Source: a virus
Length of the DNA: 64,000 bases
Reading direction: 5' to 3' (one strand)
Virus record (IMG/VR): IMGVR_UViG_3300008517_000034
Span: 1-64,000 of that record
In this document: positions 16,558 to 27,413 of the stretch, one piece after another
Layout of the letters: each line of letters opens with the position of its first letter
How positions within the stretch are numbered: position 1 is the first letter of the stretch
The notes under the pieces: model-generated
Seen by the model: the letters and a program-made list of their open reading frames with translations, nothing else
Database searches by the model: none
Told to the model about the DNA's origin: nothing
Translations under genes and position numbers: made by a program

Positions 16558-19551
16558 CTATCCGCGTTCCAAATCCAAAACCGCTGTATAATCAATAGTC
16601 TCTGGCGTTTTGGTTAGACCAACACTATTAATCTTTTTAATTATCATTGATATCTGGTCCATAAGAACTGATGCTCCTTCACCATCTTCTTTAAAATGCA
16701 CAACTCCCTCATCATCTTCCTTGAATAGAAGAGCACCATAACTAAAATCGACCGTGTCCTCCCGCTCAAAAGGTAGCGGGGTAGGAAACGTAACGTTCAT
16801 CCGCGTCTTCGCAAGTTTAAACCTATCTAAATAATTATTCGCAATTACCTTAGCATTAGGATTCGCTTGGATCAAATGGTTAGTAATCGGTAATGTTTTC
16901 TTTCCCCCGCTAAAATCTATTACCCCCTGGCTGGCTAAAACCTCCGCAAAAACTTTTGTTGATATCTCCCGATAATCCTGACCATGAGGGCTAAAATGTG
17001 GGGTAGGATACTCATCCTCATCCTCTGTCCCCTCAGGATCAGTTGTAATTATTTCCACATCTCCTTCATAAATAATCCCTCCCACCACAATATAAGCATA
17101 AACATAATAGGTGGTATCGGGCAACAAATCTGGAAGCATCATGTTATATGATCCATTTGTAAAATTTCCATTTTCATGAACATCAAATTCATCAGCCGCT
17201 TCGGTAGTCCCATATCTAAATCCTCTCCTCGTTGCATAGATCCCTTCAGGTAAATTTATAATACCCTCGTGTTTAATAACAGTTGTCTCTCCCACTGTAG
17301 GCGGAGCACCTCCACCTCCATTACCATTTGGTTCATTTGTGAGATAAGTTCTCGATGGGGTTGAAAAATCCACTTCCTCTCCATAGACCCTCCCAAATTC
17401 GTTTGAAGCAAAAGCTCTACATTTATACGCCTTCCCTTCAATAAGACAATTATCTGCTACAGGCCAACCAAATTCCATTTCACCTATCGTTATTAAATAA
17501 GCTCCCACCTCTAAATCAAATGTTTCTAAAACTGTTTTTATTAAATCCCCCGCCCAATAAAAACTAGTTATAATGCCCACCTCATTTTCTACCGATTCAC
17601 TCTCCAATTCACCTTCAAAGCCGGCAATCTCAAATTTCCAAGAATCTCGAAGATTCCCTGAATATTCATGCTTAACTTCAAAACCTCGTTCTGTTAGATC
17701 TGATGCTCCTTTACTGACAACAGTTCCATTCCCATCTGCCTTATTGTAATTGATACTTGTCATATCCTCTGTCGTAACCGTAGGAAGATTCTTCATCCAG
17801 CCGGATGCAACAAATTTCTCTGGTTCTTCAGCATCATCTTTACAATATGCCCTAAACCACCAAATGATATTATCGGCAATATATTGCTGATTATACAATT
17901 CCCTGTTTTTCAAAGAATATTCACCATCAACGAATCCGTCGGCTTTAGTCTCCTTCACCTCTGTCCCTGTATCCTCAGCAGCAGGTTCTGCTTCTTGTAT
18001 TTTATATTCAAAGCCTCGCTCAACTATGGTCCCAAAGATATCTGAAATTTCGCCAGTTAATATTGTTCTTGCAAATACACGGTTATTTTCCGCTCCGATA
18101 TTGGTTACAGTTGGAGGTGGAGGTGGCAGAGTAGTAAACTCTACCTCAGAGCCATATTGCCTTCCCCAACTATCTTCAGCAAATGCTCTATAATGGTATG
18201 TAGTTGAACCCTTAAATACTGCATAAGTTTTCCAGAAGTCACCGCTACTTTTTATTGGAGTATAATATACAGTTTGAACTTCTTCGGGATGGCCATCTTC
18301 ATAATATTCAAAGCCCATACTTAATATAGTGGCTTGGTAGTTAGTTAATTTGCCTCTAAGATAAGCAGAATTGTATGTTACGTTTAATGGAGAATAAGTG
18401 TAAACACTTACAGGAGTCCAAAATTCTATAGAATTACTACTATAACCATATTGCTCATTATATGCACAAGCCCATACATAATATTTCCATCCCCGGTATT
18501 GTAAATAAATATTGTCTCTTTCAAATATCCCAAGTTCGGTATTGGCTATATAAGACGGATTCGAAGGTTTATCTGGATCTGACATATTATAAGCATAACC
18601 AGTCCCTATTAGTGCCTTGCCACCATGAGCTGTAACATTCCCGGTAATTTTATACCTATTTGTATATTCAATAGAGATTTCAAAAGATATTATAGAAACA
18701 GAAGGGGGTAAACATTCTACCATTAGATAGACAGGCCACGCCATAATATTTTCGTCATCTCCTGTGGGAGGAGAAGCTGCCAACTCTTTACTGCTCCGTA
18801 ACATTAATTTAGTCAGGCCATTTTGTATCCAATTAAGAAAATCACCCCCAAGAGGCAAATTAAATGAATAGCCTCCCTTGCCTGTGACTAAAGTTTCACT
18901 TTCACCACCTATATCGCCATAATGGGTTTTATCATAATCCCCACCCACTACAGGAACATGAGGGAAATCAGGTTGCCCACTCTGTACAACTATTTTAAAA
19001 TCTGCTATTAGAGCTCCAAGATGAGTCCCACAAAATGCTGCGCTCAAAATTCCTTCAGGAATTATTCCAGTCGTGTACCATATACCAGGAGACCTGAATA
19101 TCCTATAATTAGACCCCCATTTTTGCTGACCTATCTGATTAGTTTTAACCAAACCTCCAGTGGCGGCATTATGAGCTATAGAGTAATCATCATTTGCAGC
19201 CTTTAGAGTTTGCAAATCATAAGAGCCTGTTGGAAGAAAGGCATATGTCTTGTATGTATTAGTAGTAACTGAATTCCAATCTGTATAATATGTATCTTCA
19301 CCAACTCTTATACAAAGTCTCCAATAATATAAAGTGGTTTTTAATAATCCTGTTGCCTCTAAACAAGTCAAGCCGGTCGTAAAATGAGTATAATATTCAG
19401 TTCCTTTTTTAATATCTCCATCTGCTCCTTTTTTCCATTCTATATAACGGTAAAAATAGGTTTCTACATCAAAATGTAAATAAGCATAGCCAGTAAACTT
19501 GTTGTTGAATATTTGGTTTGCACCTATTTCATAAAAATCTATTACAGCCAA
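16558..19551 (-). CDS. Large tail protein with FN3-like repeats
   Basis: Repeated ERGFEY...YRAFA.N..G..YG..V.F.T units. Confidence 0.7.
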   Translation of the reverse strand: MAVIDFYEIGANQIFNNKFTGYAYLHFDVETYFYRYIEWKKGADGDIKKGTEYYTHFTTGLTCLEATGLLKTTLYYWRLCIRVGEDTYYTDWNSVTTNTYKTYAFLPTGSYDLQTLKAANDDYSIAHNAATGGLVKTNQIGQQKWGSNYRIFRSPGIWYTTGIIPEGILSAAFCGTHLGALIADFKIVVQSGQPDFPHVPVVGGDYDKTHYGDIGGESETLVTGKGGYSFNLPLGGDFLNWIQNGLTKLMLRSSKELAASPPTGDDENIMAWPVYLMVECLPPSVSIISFEISIEYTNRYKITGNVTAHGGKALIGTGYAYNMSDPDKPSNPSYIANTELGIFERDNIYLQYRGWKYYVWACAYNEQYGYSSNSIEFWTPVSVYTYSPLNVTYNSAYLRGKLTNYQATILSMGFEYYEDGHPEEVQTVYYTPIKSSGDFWKTYAVFKGSTTYHYRAFAEDSWGRQYGSEVEFTTLPPPPPTVTNIGAENNRVFARTILTGEISDIFGTIVERGFEYKIQEAEPAAEDTGTEVKETKADGFVDGEYSLKNRELYNQQYIADNIIWWFRAYCKDDAEEPEKFVASGWMKNLPTVTTEDMTSINYNKADGNGTVVSKGASDLTERGFEVKHEYSGNLRDSWKFEIAGFEGELESESVENEVGIITSFYWAGDLIKTVLETFDLEVGAYLITIGEMEFGWPVADNCLIEGKAYKCRAFASNEFGRVYGEEVDFSTPSRTYLTNEPNGNGGGGAPPTVGETTVIKHEGIINLPEGIYATRRGFRYGTTEAADEFDVHENGNFTNGSYNMMLPDLLPDTTYYVYAYIVVGGIIYEGDVEIITTDPEGTEDEDEYPTPHFSPHGQDYREISTKVFAEVLASQGVIDFSGGKKTLPITNHLIQANPNAKVIANNYLDRFKLAKTRMNVTFPTPLPFEREDTVDFSYGALLFKEDDEGVVHFKEDGEGASVLMDQISMIIKKINSVGLTKTPETIDYTAVLDLERG

Positions 19552-19601
19552 TTACCTTAATTCTCCTTTCTAAATAATTAAGCTCAAAATCTATACCCGT
19601 T

Positions 19602-21224
19602 TTAAAACGTTACTTCAATCCAAATCCATTTACCAAAAAACATTCCCTGCGAATTCCTCACAAATGCTCGAAACCAATGACCTACGCTCAGTGTCACGGT
19701 ATGAACTCCAATTCCCCGATCAATTAAATCCATCTGAATTCCCGCTAAAGCATCATCTTTTGTTGCTGCCACCTGTATACGTGATGGATCTGTTTTAATG
19801 GCATAATATGCAGTCCCCGAAACCAAAGGATCGGGCAAGGTATCAGTTGAGCTAAAATGTATTTTTGAGCCGGTAGAAATGCTAAAGGAAACATTAATCT
19901 TATCTGTAGCAACACTAATATCGTAAATTGTTATATTTCCGTCTTCAAGAACAAAATCCCTCAATTCCGACTCAGTCAATTGATGCTCAAACTGGCCAAT
20001 CTCAAAAGAACCATTCTCATACCAGTCTCCGGTAGCAAGTAAAGCGACTCCCCACTGGAAGCCTCTTCTATTAACGCCACCTTTACCAACCGAATCAGTG
20101 ACCCCATACATAACAGCAATCTCAAGATCGGAATCGACATTCGCTGCGTGGGTGGTTACAGTCGGTATTTTGACTAACTTCTTCCTCTCCTCACCTTTAA
20201 CAATAATGTGATTCTTAACCTCACCGATCAACTCCCTACGGTTATTAACAGTAATGTTATCCACTGTAATTAATTTCACTGCAGCACCGACAACTGGAGG
20301 CGGTTTAAAAATAGGATTGCCATCATGATCAGGATAGAATCGGTACCGGACCGCTTCCGCTACCAATCTCAGGGCTTCCAAACAGGTAGTTCCTTTGTTG
20401 AACCAAACCCTATCGATAATCTTACCCGTAGGAGTTACATAATCGCTATTTGCAAGCCAACCTGCTCGTTCATATTCACCCAAAAATCCAGCTTCAACCA
20501 AAATATCGGCAACTACTTCCTCCGGGACTTGAGATTTAAAATAATAAACCACCAAATTATTAGTTCCGTTATAATAAGGAATAATATTTCTTAACAGCAA
20601 AAATATATTAGTTGTCCAATCGTAAGTCCAGCCCGAATTGAAAGTGATTTCCTTTAAGTGAGTGCCATTATAAGGGGATTTCGCATCGAGAAAAGCACGG
20701 TGAACTCCCGTACAACCTGTCGGCCCCGCCGGCATTGGATATTCATCCTTACTATCATAAGTATTAAAAAATCTCTGAGTCCCCCAATAGACTTGCTTCA
20801 TTCTATTTTCGATGAGCATTCTCATGAGGCATCTGCCAGTTATAGTACAAATCTCCTCGCCCGCCCCCTGAGTAAATTTAGGTTCATCGATCCTGCCAGT
20901 GATCCATTTCCAATGATAATTTGTATCGCTGATCCTGATTCCGATATGTAACCTGATCTTTCTTCCCTGACGTAACCAGTTATAATGCGTGGCCCCTGTA
21001 TCGAGCCACGAGTATCTATCATTTGTGTTCAAACAGATTACAGTGAAACTGGAAGCTGAAAACAGCATTACTTCATCGATTAAATTGCTACTGATATTGC
21101 AAGATTTAACGTCTAGCAATTCCTGAAAATTATTCCACCCTGTCGTGTCAATTTCAACTTTGCCCACAATTACATGCGATTTAACATCGAAATCTGAAGT
21201 AGCTAAACCCTGTAAATTCTGCAT
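19602..21224 (-). CDS. Baseplate hub/Tal-like tail protein
   Basis: Position after Dit; G.ID.P...ITGR and EVKNHIIV.G motifs. Confidence 0.6.
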   Translation of the reverse strand: MQNLQGLATSDFDVKSHVIVGKVEIDTTGWNNFQELLDVKSCNISSNLIDEVMLFSASSFTVICLNTNDRYSWLDTGATHYNWLRQGRKIRLHIGIRISDTNYHWKWITGRIDEPKFTQGAGEEICTITGRCLMRMLIENRMKQVYWGTQRFFNTYDSKDEYPMPAGPTGCTGVHRAFLDAKSPYNGTHLKEITFNSGWTYDWTTNIFLLLRNIIPYYNGTNNLVVYYFKSQVPEEVVADILVEAGFLGEYERAGWLANSDYVTPTGKIIDRVWFNKGTTCLEALRLVAEAVRYRFYPDHDGNPIFKPPPVVGAAVKLITVDNITVNNRRELIGEVKNHIIVKGEERKKLVKIPTVTTHAANVDSDLEIAVMYGVTDSVGKGGVNRRGFQWGVALLATGDWYENGSFEIGQFEHQLTESELRDFVLEDGNITIYDISVATDKINVSFSISTGSKIHFSSTDTLPDPLVSGTAYYAIKTDPSRIQVAATKDDALAGIQMDLIDRGIGVHTVTLSVGHWFRAFVRNSQGMFFGKWIWIEVTF

Positions 21225-21227
21225 GAA

Positions 21228-21578
21228 CTAAACCTCCACACCTTCAATTGTCGCTTCATACCCTGAGGGTATCCTCCGACTACGAACCGCACTAAATGGA
21301 TTTCTGAATTTTATGCTATGATCAACACCATAGGATTCTTCTTCTAATTGAACATTTAAGATATTTGATAAAACAAAGATTTCTTCTAAGACCAACTTTT
21401 CCGCATAAGTTAAATAAACAAATTCAAAAGAATAGACCTTATACGAATTATGTGCTTCCTGAAATTTGATTTCCCCCGAGATAAGTCCATGCTCAGATTT
21501 TGGCACAATTGTATCAGAATTCACATTTACATAATTAAAATCAACTTCTGACCCTAAAATGCCCAACTTGATAATCAT
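21228..21578 (-). CDS. Distal tail (Dit)-like protein
   Basis: Small ORF immediately after the tape measure gene. Confidence 0.5.
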   Translation of the reverse strand: MIIKLGILGSEVDFNYVNVNSDTIVPKSEHGLISGEIKFQEAHNSYKVYSFEFVYLTYAEKLVLEEIFVLSNILNVQLEEESYGVDHSIKFRNPFSAVRSRRIPSGYEATIEGVEV

Positions 21579-24446
21579 TTAACTCCTCCCAAAAACTAAT
21601 CCAGCATCTTTAGCTTTTTTATGCACAATCCACATAATCTTGTCTCCTGCTTCGTTTATAGTAGCATCATCAAGGGTTTTAGCATTTATAATAATCGATC
21701 CCTGTCCAAAGGTAATACCACCGCCCCAAACTCCTCTGTCTGGAGCACCACCTGGTTGTCCACCAGCCCAACTTCCAACCATTCCCCCTCCAGCTAAAGC
21801 AGGACTCGGAGTAGGCAAACCCTTTTGAATCGCTTCTACTAAACCCCCAGTTACCATACCGGTTCTACGAATAAAATCTACCATTTGTTTCTTAATTAAA
21901 TATTCACCTGGAGTTGCCATTATAGGAACAGTGTCAGTTCCAATTCCACCGCCAACGGCTAGATGCTTAATGGCATTTGCAAAAGTCTGAACTAATCCAC
22001 CCTTCTCCATCGATACTAATGTTACGCCTGCAGCAGATTCTTCTTGGCTTAAAATGTGCTGAGATCTAAACCCAATTGTCTTTCCTTCGGCATCAACCAC
22101 CTTAAATAATTTCTTTTTGGCCTCTGCAGCAGCAAGTTTTTCTGCAGCCACAGCTGTTCCTCCATAAGACTCCTTTAATTTATTAAGATTTTCAATCTCT
22201 TCATTTCGTTTTTTGATTAAATCATCTATTGCCTCTCCCGCTTCTTTACGCCGCTCAATTGCTTCATTTATACTTGCTATCTCTTTTTCACTTCTGGCAA
22301 TAGCAAGCTCTAAAATTGAAGCCTTTTCTTTATCAAACGCCTCTTTAAACCTCTCGATTGCCTCAGCTTGTGCATCTGCGGACAGCATAGCTTCTTTTGC
22401 TGCTTCAATGCGTGCATCCCGTTCCTTCTCTAAATCACGAATCCTGACCTCCGTAGCTGTATGCTCTAATTCAAATAACTTATCTTCAACTTCCTGAATA
22501 TTCCTTAAATGCTCCTGACGCTCTGAAGATTCTGCAATTATATGATCAAGCATAACCTGCCGATATTCATCAATCTGCTCCATCGTCATTAAATTAGTAT
22601 CCATATTAGTAAGTAAAGCAATACATTCTCGGTCTAAATCATCTATTTTTTGTTGAGTAGCTGTACGATCAACATCAGACATCCGCTGTCTTAAACCCAT
22701 ATATTCTTCCTGTTGCTCAGAAAGTTCTTTACCCGTAATAATAGATTTTGAAATAGCCGAATCCAAATCCTCAAAAGATTTAATCTGCCCTTCTGTAGCC
22801 TCTGTAGTCTCTGATTTCGCGCTTGCTAATTCATACTCCATCTTAGCCAAATCTCTCTCTTTTTGTGCAACTCTTTCTAACACAGAAGCAGATAACTTAT
22901 GATTATCAATCCAATACTGCATTTCTTCATCAGTTAAATTGTAAGCTTCTCGTAATTTCTCAAGTGCTATAGTCTGAGACTCAGCAGCTCCTTTAGCCAT
23001 CTCTCCTATCTCTTTCCAAGATGGCCCCTCTCTAACTTCTTTCCATGCTTTACCAATTTCTAATCCTAATTTTGTCATGCCTATAATAAACAGAGCTAAT
23101 GCGGGCATCGATATGCCTATACCCGTTGCTAGTGCCGCAAATCCCTCAGAAAGTAACCCAAATAAACCAATAATCTTAGGTAAAGCAACCACCAAACCCG
23201 GGAGAGTCATTAAAAACATGCCAATAGGAACTAAGGCCATTCCCACGCCTCCACCAAGCATAGTTAAGGAAGCAGCTAATTCTTCATTTTTTGTAATCCA
23301 CTCTCCCATACTTTTAACAGTTTCAATCATTCTCCTTTGAATAACGTCCATCATAGGATCAATAGCTTTTCCCAAAAGTGCTATTAAATTCTCGGTTACA
23401 GCCTTCTGCTCCTTATTAAAAGCATCACCCGTCGTAGTCCAGTCTTGGAAAGCTTGATCCGCCATGCCAGCTTTCTCAGCAACAGAAACTATAGTATCCG
23501 CTAACAAGTTCGTTCCTTCAGCAGTTAGCTTGGATACACCTAAAATAGCTTGCTTTCTGCCAAACAATTCACCTAATGCTTCTGAGCTACCTCCAGTCTC
23601 CACGCTAATTCTTCTCAAAACTTCCACAAAACCCAATTCTTTAATGGCCAACTCAGCTGTGTCAAATCCCATTTTCTTAATTACTGCAGACATTGCCTCA
23701 GTGGGTTTCATTAACCCTGTTAGAACACCTTCATACTCGGTAGCTGCCTCCGCGGTGCTTCCAGCAGTCTTTGATATAACGGCCATTGATGCACCCATCT
23801 CGTCTTGAGAAATCTTTAACTGAGCAGACATTGTAGCCAATCCACCAATGACAGGTATTAATTCTCCAACGGTTGTCTGCCCTTCTTTTTCAATAGCAAA
23901 CATAAGATCAGCTGCTTCCGAAACATCCTTGATTCTTCCCTCATAACCAGCCATTACTTTTGTAAGACCCTTAACAACTTCCGATTGATTCATGTGGGCT
24001 GCTGCAGCTGTTTGGGACGAAACTGTTAAAGTATTAACTGCTTCCACGGGATCCTTAATTCCAGCTGAAACAATCTGGTAATAACCTCTTGTTAAATCGG
24101 TTAAACTACCCAAAATTGGGGGTATGGCTTTCATTCGGGTTTCTATACTCTCTATGGATTCATCGGTAATTTTACCCATGTCCACCAAAGCTGATTCATA
24201 AGTATCCCAAGCATCACCCATCTTCTTAACTGCAAAAGTAACTATGCCACCAGCAACCGTCGCAATCATCCCCGTTTTTTTAATGGTTGCCGCATTATCC
24301 GTGACCTTTTTACTAAACTTATCAAAAGAGCGCCCCATTGCTGTGGACGCTCTTTCCGCCTGAGTCTGTATTGCCTTTATATCCTGTAAGGCTTTATCTT
24401 TGGAAATCGCTACAGTCCCCATTAATTTGAAGATTTCCATTGCCAT
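21579..24446 (-). CDS. Tape measure protein (TP901-like)
   Basis: 955 aa, Ala-rich helical, G.TTVGEL motif, central TM segments, GTDTVP.M.TPGE motif. Confidence 0.9.
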   Translation of the reverse strand: MAMEIFKLMGTVAISKDKALQDIKAIQTQAERASTAMGRSFDKFSKKVTDNAATIKKTGMIATVAGGIVTFAVKKMGDAWDTYESALVDMGKITDESIESIETRMKAIPPILGSLTDLTRGYYQIVSAGIKDPVEAVNTLTVSSQTAAAAHMNQSEVVKGLTKVMAGYEGRIKDVSEAADLMFAIEKEGQTTVGELIPVIGGLATMSAQLKISQDEMGASMAVISKTAGSTAEAATEYEGVLTGLMKPTEAMSAVIKKMGFDTAELAIKELGFVEVLRRISVETGGSSEALGELFGRKQAILGVSKLTAEGTNLLADTIVSVAEKAGMADQAFQDWTTTGDAFNKEQKAVTENLIALLGKAIDPMMDVIQRRMIETVKSMGEWITKNEELAASLTMLGGGVGMALVPIGMFLMTLPGLVVALPKIIGLFGLLSEGFAALATGIGISMPALALFIIGMTKLGLEIGKAWKEVREGPSWKEIGEMAKGAAESQTIALEKLREAYNLTDEEMQYWIDNHKLSASVLERVAQKERDLAKMEYELASAKSETTEATEGQIKSFEDLDSAISKSIITGKELSEQQEEYMGLRQRMSDVDRTATQQKIDDLDRECIALLTNMDTNLMTMEQIDEYRQVMLDHIIAESSERQEHLRNIQEVEDKLFELEHTATEVRIRDLEKERDARIEAAKEAMLSADAQAEAIERFKEAFDKEKASILELAIARSEKEIASINEAIERRKEAGEAIDDLIKKRNEEIENLNKLKESYGGTAVAAEKLAAAEAKKKLFKVVDAEGKTIGFRSQHILSQEESAAGVTLVSMEKGGLVQTFANAIKHLAVGGGIGTDTVPIMATPGEYLIKKQMVDFIRRTGMVTGGLVEAIQKGLPTPSPALAGGGMVGSWAGGQPGGAPDRGVWGGGITFGQGSIIINAKTLDDATINEAGDKIMWIVHKKAKDAGLVFGRS

Positions 24447-24452
24447 TCTCTA

Positions 24453-24794
24453 TCAACTCCTAAGTTTCTTATCCATCTCCACTATTCTTTCGGCTATCTG
24501 TAAGGCTTTCTTTTTCATTGATTCTAGGTCTTCAACTTTCTCTTCTCCTTCAGTCAGGCCCAGGCCCCTTAACCATTCTTGAAAAGTCATTCTGTGTTCT
24601 CTAATAGCAATCGGTTGCAATAGATATATCAACCATCCCAGATAGGCCTGCTCCCTCATTCTCATTCTGAGTTCTTCTACCTTCTGGCTAGAAGCAACTC
24701 TAACTAATTGCATAAACCGAGCATACGGTATATTGTATTTTATTTCTTCGTCAGTCCAACCATACCGTTCTTGGATGAGGTCGAGGTTTTTTTC
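24453..24794 (-). CDS. Tail assembly chaperone extension (gpT-like), read via -1 frameshift
   Basis: The -1 frame from G-AAA-AAA reads NLDLIQERYGWTDEEIKYNIPYARF and continues in frame into ORF 24453..24713. Confidence 0.8.
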   Translation of the reverse strand, partial: EKNLDLIQERYGWTDEEIKYNIPYARFMQLVRVASSQKVEELRMRMREQAYLGWLIYLLQPIAIREHRMTFQEWLRGLGLTEGEEKVEDLESMKKKALQIAERIVEMDKKLRS

Positions 24795-25231
24795 AAAAAC
24801 TCCTTCAATATCGGCATCTCCAGTAGCCCGGTTAATCTGGTAAAAAAAGCCTTCACGTCTATGTGTTCGACTAAGGCCTTGATTATGTCTACTTCAGACC
24901 CCATCGGAAATATATCGGGGTTCCTTATATCTTCCGGTTTAACTCCCAGCACATCAGCAAATAAATTTAATATTTGTTGGTCTGCATAGGGAAATCCAAC
25001 GATCAATAGCCCAATAGCGGCCTCTGCAGTCATCTCTAAGTTGCTGATTTCTTTTCCTATCCCTGCCGCACCAATAGCTATAATCCGAGCCAACTTAAAG
25101 GTATCGGCCATTCCCAGACGCCTCATCTTATATTCTTTGCCCTTGATAGTAACAATAGGTGTGTCTCCGATGAGTGGTTCTATTTCCTTCTCGAACGTCT
25201 TCTTATCTTTTTTTTCTTCAACCATTACCAA
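24740..25231 (-). CDS. Tail assembly chaperone (gpG-like)
   Basis: Between major tail protein and tape measure; slippery A7 near the 3' end. Confidence 0.8.
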   Translation of the reverse strand: MVMVEEKKDKKTFEKEIEPLIGDTPIVTIKGKEYKMRRLGMADTFKLARIIAIGAAGIGKEISNLEMTAEAAIGLLIVGFPYADQQILNLFADVLGVKPEDIRNPDIFPMGSEVDIIKALVEHIDVKAFFTRLTGLLEMPILKEFLKKTSTSSKNGMVGLTKK

Positions 25232-25258
25232 TCTCCTTAGCTAATTTTTAAATTAAGA

Positions 25259-26530
25259 CTATGCCCGCGGATATCGTATATCCCAAGGTTCAGTATCTGG
25301 GTCAGCGGGGTTATAATGACCCGTAAACACTATCACTGGCACCGCTTCATCTCTCGGTGCTGTTGATAATGAAAATCCAGTATCTGCAAGAGCGTTTTTC
25401 ACCATGCAAATTACATCATCCCCCTTGCCAGAAATAGTTCCAACCAGAGCTACATTTTCAATGTAATCCTCGTCACCAATATCTCCACCAGTAATAGTAT
25501 CGTGAGTCGCGGGGTCTCCGGTTTCGTAAGTATAGCTGACAGTTAGCATTTCCGCTGTAGCATTCGGTGCTGTGGGAACATCTTCCAGATTAAAGGTAAT
25601 TACTCCAGTTGAATTAACAATCGTATAATCCCCCGAAAACTGAACAAATCCCAAAGTGTCAATCCATAATTCATCGTTCTGCGTCGGAGCAGAAGCACAA
25701 TCAATAGTTATAGTTGAATCGGTTCCGGTTGCTGTAAAATCAAAAACCGTCATGACAAACTCTGTAGTTAAATCTGGTAGTTCTTTACTTTGCCCATCAC
25801 ACTTTATGGTTACTTTTCCACCATCCCAGTCAGTCCCTTTCTTAGCGTAAATTGTGATTCTATATTTCTTCCCTACTTCAAGATTAGTTAAGACAGTTCC
25901 TAAAGCATCATCCAATTTTAAAAGGTTGACTGAAGGAGAAGCACCTACTACATATTTACCACCATTACCAGCCTGTCCACCAGTTTCACTAGTCAATGTT
26001 CCACCAGTCAGAGCGTCCCAATCACCAATATCGGTGGTGAAATCCTTGTTATTAGTGGCATTATTACCAACGAACAGCGATTCACTTTTTGTTCCTCGTT
26101 CCTTCAAAACCCCATCAATATAAACTTTCTCTGATTTTGCGACTACTGGATAATGAGCTACAGTAAATTCATCAATTGCTTCTGAACCTACCCCTAAGTA
26201 TTCAGCATCTACTACTGCCGTCGCTTTAGTTTCTGCTGAATTTGCACCCGCAATAGCCTTTAGCAAATTATCAAGGGATAATTCAATAAGGTTACAAGTA
26301 ATCTGTGGACGACAAACCGTTCTTCTTCTTAATCCCTTTACCGAACCTCTAACACCATCTACCTCGATATCTCGAATCTCTCTATTCAGATTGAATTCAT
26401 TTCCACCACGAGTGGCACCAAGTAGCCTCTCGCTTGGCAAACCATAATTCAAATAAACCGCTCCGGCATCGACAAAGATTCTTTTCGGAGTATCGGCATT
26501 TAATCCACTCTTAATTCCCATTTTTATCAC
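25259..26530 (-). CDS. Major tail tube protein with inserted beta-sandwich/CBM-like domains
   Basis: DAGAVY...LGATRGG..F N-terminus and ENVALVG...F.GHY.P C-terminus flank a ~250-aa insert. Confidence 0.8.
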   Translation of the reverse strand: MIKMGIKSGLNADTPKRIFVDAGAVYLNYGLPSERLLGATRGGNEFNLNREIRDIEVDGVRGSVKGLRRRTVCRPQITCNLIELSLDNLLKAIAGANSAETKATAVVDAEYLGVGSEAIDEFTVAHYPVVAKSEKVYIDGVLKERGTKSESLFVGNNATNNKDFTTDIGDWDALTGGTLTSETGGQAGNGGKYVVGASPSVNLLKLDDALGTVLTNLEVGKKYRITIYAKKGTDWDGGKVTIKCDGQSKELPDLTTEFVMTVFDFTATGTDSTITIDCASAPTQNDELWIDTLGFVQFSGDYTIVNSTGVITFNLEDVPTAPNATAEMLTVSYTYETGDPATHDTITGGDIGDEDYIENVALVGTISGKGDDVICMVKNALADTGFSLSTAPRDEAVPVIVFTGHYNPADPDTEPWDIRYPRA

Positions 26531-26542
26531 CTCGTTTCTTTT

Positions 26543-26977
26543 TTAAACATTTATATTTGATTTCCTAATATATTTCACTGTATATAAAATAACTAAGTGT
26601 TGAATAAATTCTTCCTCTTCCTCAATCATGTCACTACTATCGAAAAATACTCTCACCCCTTTCGCTTCCTCTCCTGAAATGGGAAACTCATGTAAGTCCA
26701 TTAGCCAAATTAGCCTATTCCTCATATTGTTAACTCGGGTCATTAAATTGCTTTTATCCCACAAATGGGTCTCCAGAGTCCCCGTTCCTAACAAGGGCAT
26801 GAGTGGATCCACAAAAGGCCTGATTCCAAAAGTTATATAAGGAAACACATCTGACCTTAAGGCTCGTCCAACTCTGATATTCTTGTTTCCCATAATTCCC
26901 ACTAAATTACCTTCTAAAGTATCGTCAGCCCTTAGATAATCGAATATTTCTTTATTTATCGCTGCAATTACATCCAT
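26543..26977 (-). CDS. Tail terminator/completion protein
   Basis: FPYITFG motif and synteny. Confidence 0.7.
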   Translation of the reverse strand: MDVIAAINKEIFDYLRADDTLEGNLVGIMGNKNIRVGRALRSDVFPYITFGIRPFVDPLMPLLGTGTLETHLWDKSNLMTRVNNMRNRLIWLMDLHEFPISGEEAKGVRVFFDSSDMIEEEEEFIQHLVILYTVKYIRKSNINV

Positions 26978-26978
26978 T

Positions 26979-27413
26979 CTAAAACCACTCTTCCTCGAGA
27001 AATTTCTTAATCATTTCTCTCGATTGTTCCAATGTTACTCCCAGCCAGGGTCTTGCAGCCACATGTTCTGTTCCAAATTCCAATCCTTTCCCATATTCAC
27101 CTATTTTTCCTCCCGTGCCTACATGCATCAGAAAGATATTTCCTGCTTCGGTTACTATAAAGAAAATTGAGCCGTGAAGCCCGCCATGCCAGATAACCGG
27201 TGGCTTTCCGGGAGCACTGGCTATGTGAACTCTGCCCCTTGGAGTTACATATTTTTTTCCAGTCCCTAATTGGGATATTACCTCTCTAATTTCTCTAACT
27301 AAAAGATCCCCTAGATCATTAAGTCGGTCATTAGAAACCCGATTTATGGCATCGCTAACTTCTTTACCTTTCCAGATTAATTTAAAATCATTCTTTCCTT
27401 TCAAATAAATCAA
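26979..27413 (-). CDS. HK97 gp10-like neck/tail-completion protein
   Basis: SAPG.PP...G.L..SI and LEFGT....RPW motifs. Confidence 0.8.
   Translation of the reverse strand: MIYLKGKNDFKLIWKGKEVSDAINRVSNDRLNDLGDLLVREIREVISQLGTGKKYVTPRGRVHIASAPGKPPVIWHGGLHGSIFFIVTEAGNIFLMHVGTGGKIGEYGKGLEFGTEHVAARPWLGVTLEQSREMIKKFLEEEWF

Noticed and set aside
11096-19551. Diversity-generating retroelement acting on tail fibres
   Set aside because: No reverse transcriptase and no adenine-variant TR/VR pair seen; the repeats are ordinary protein repeats.
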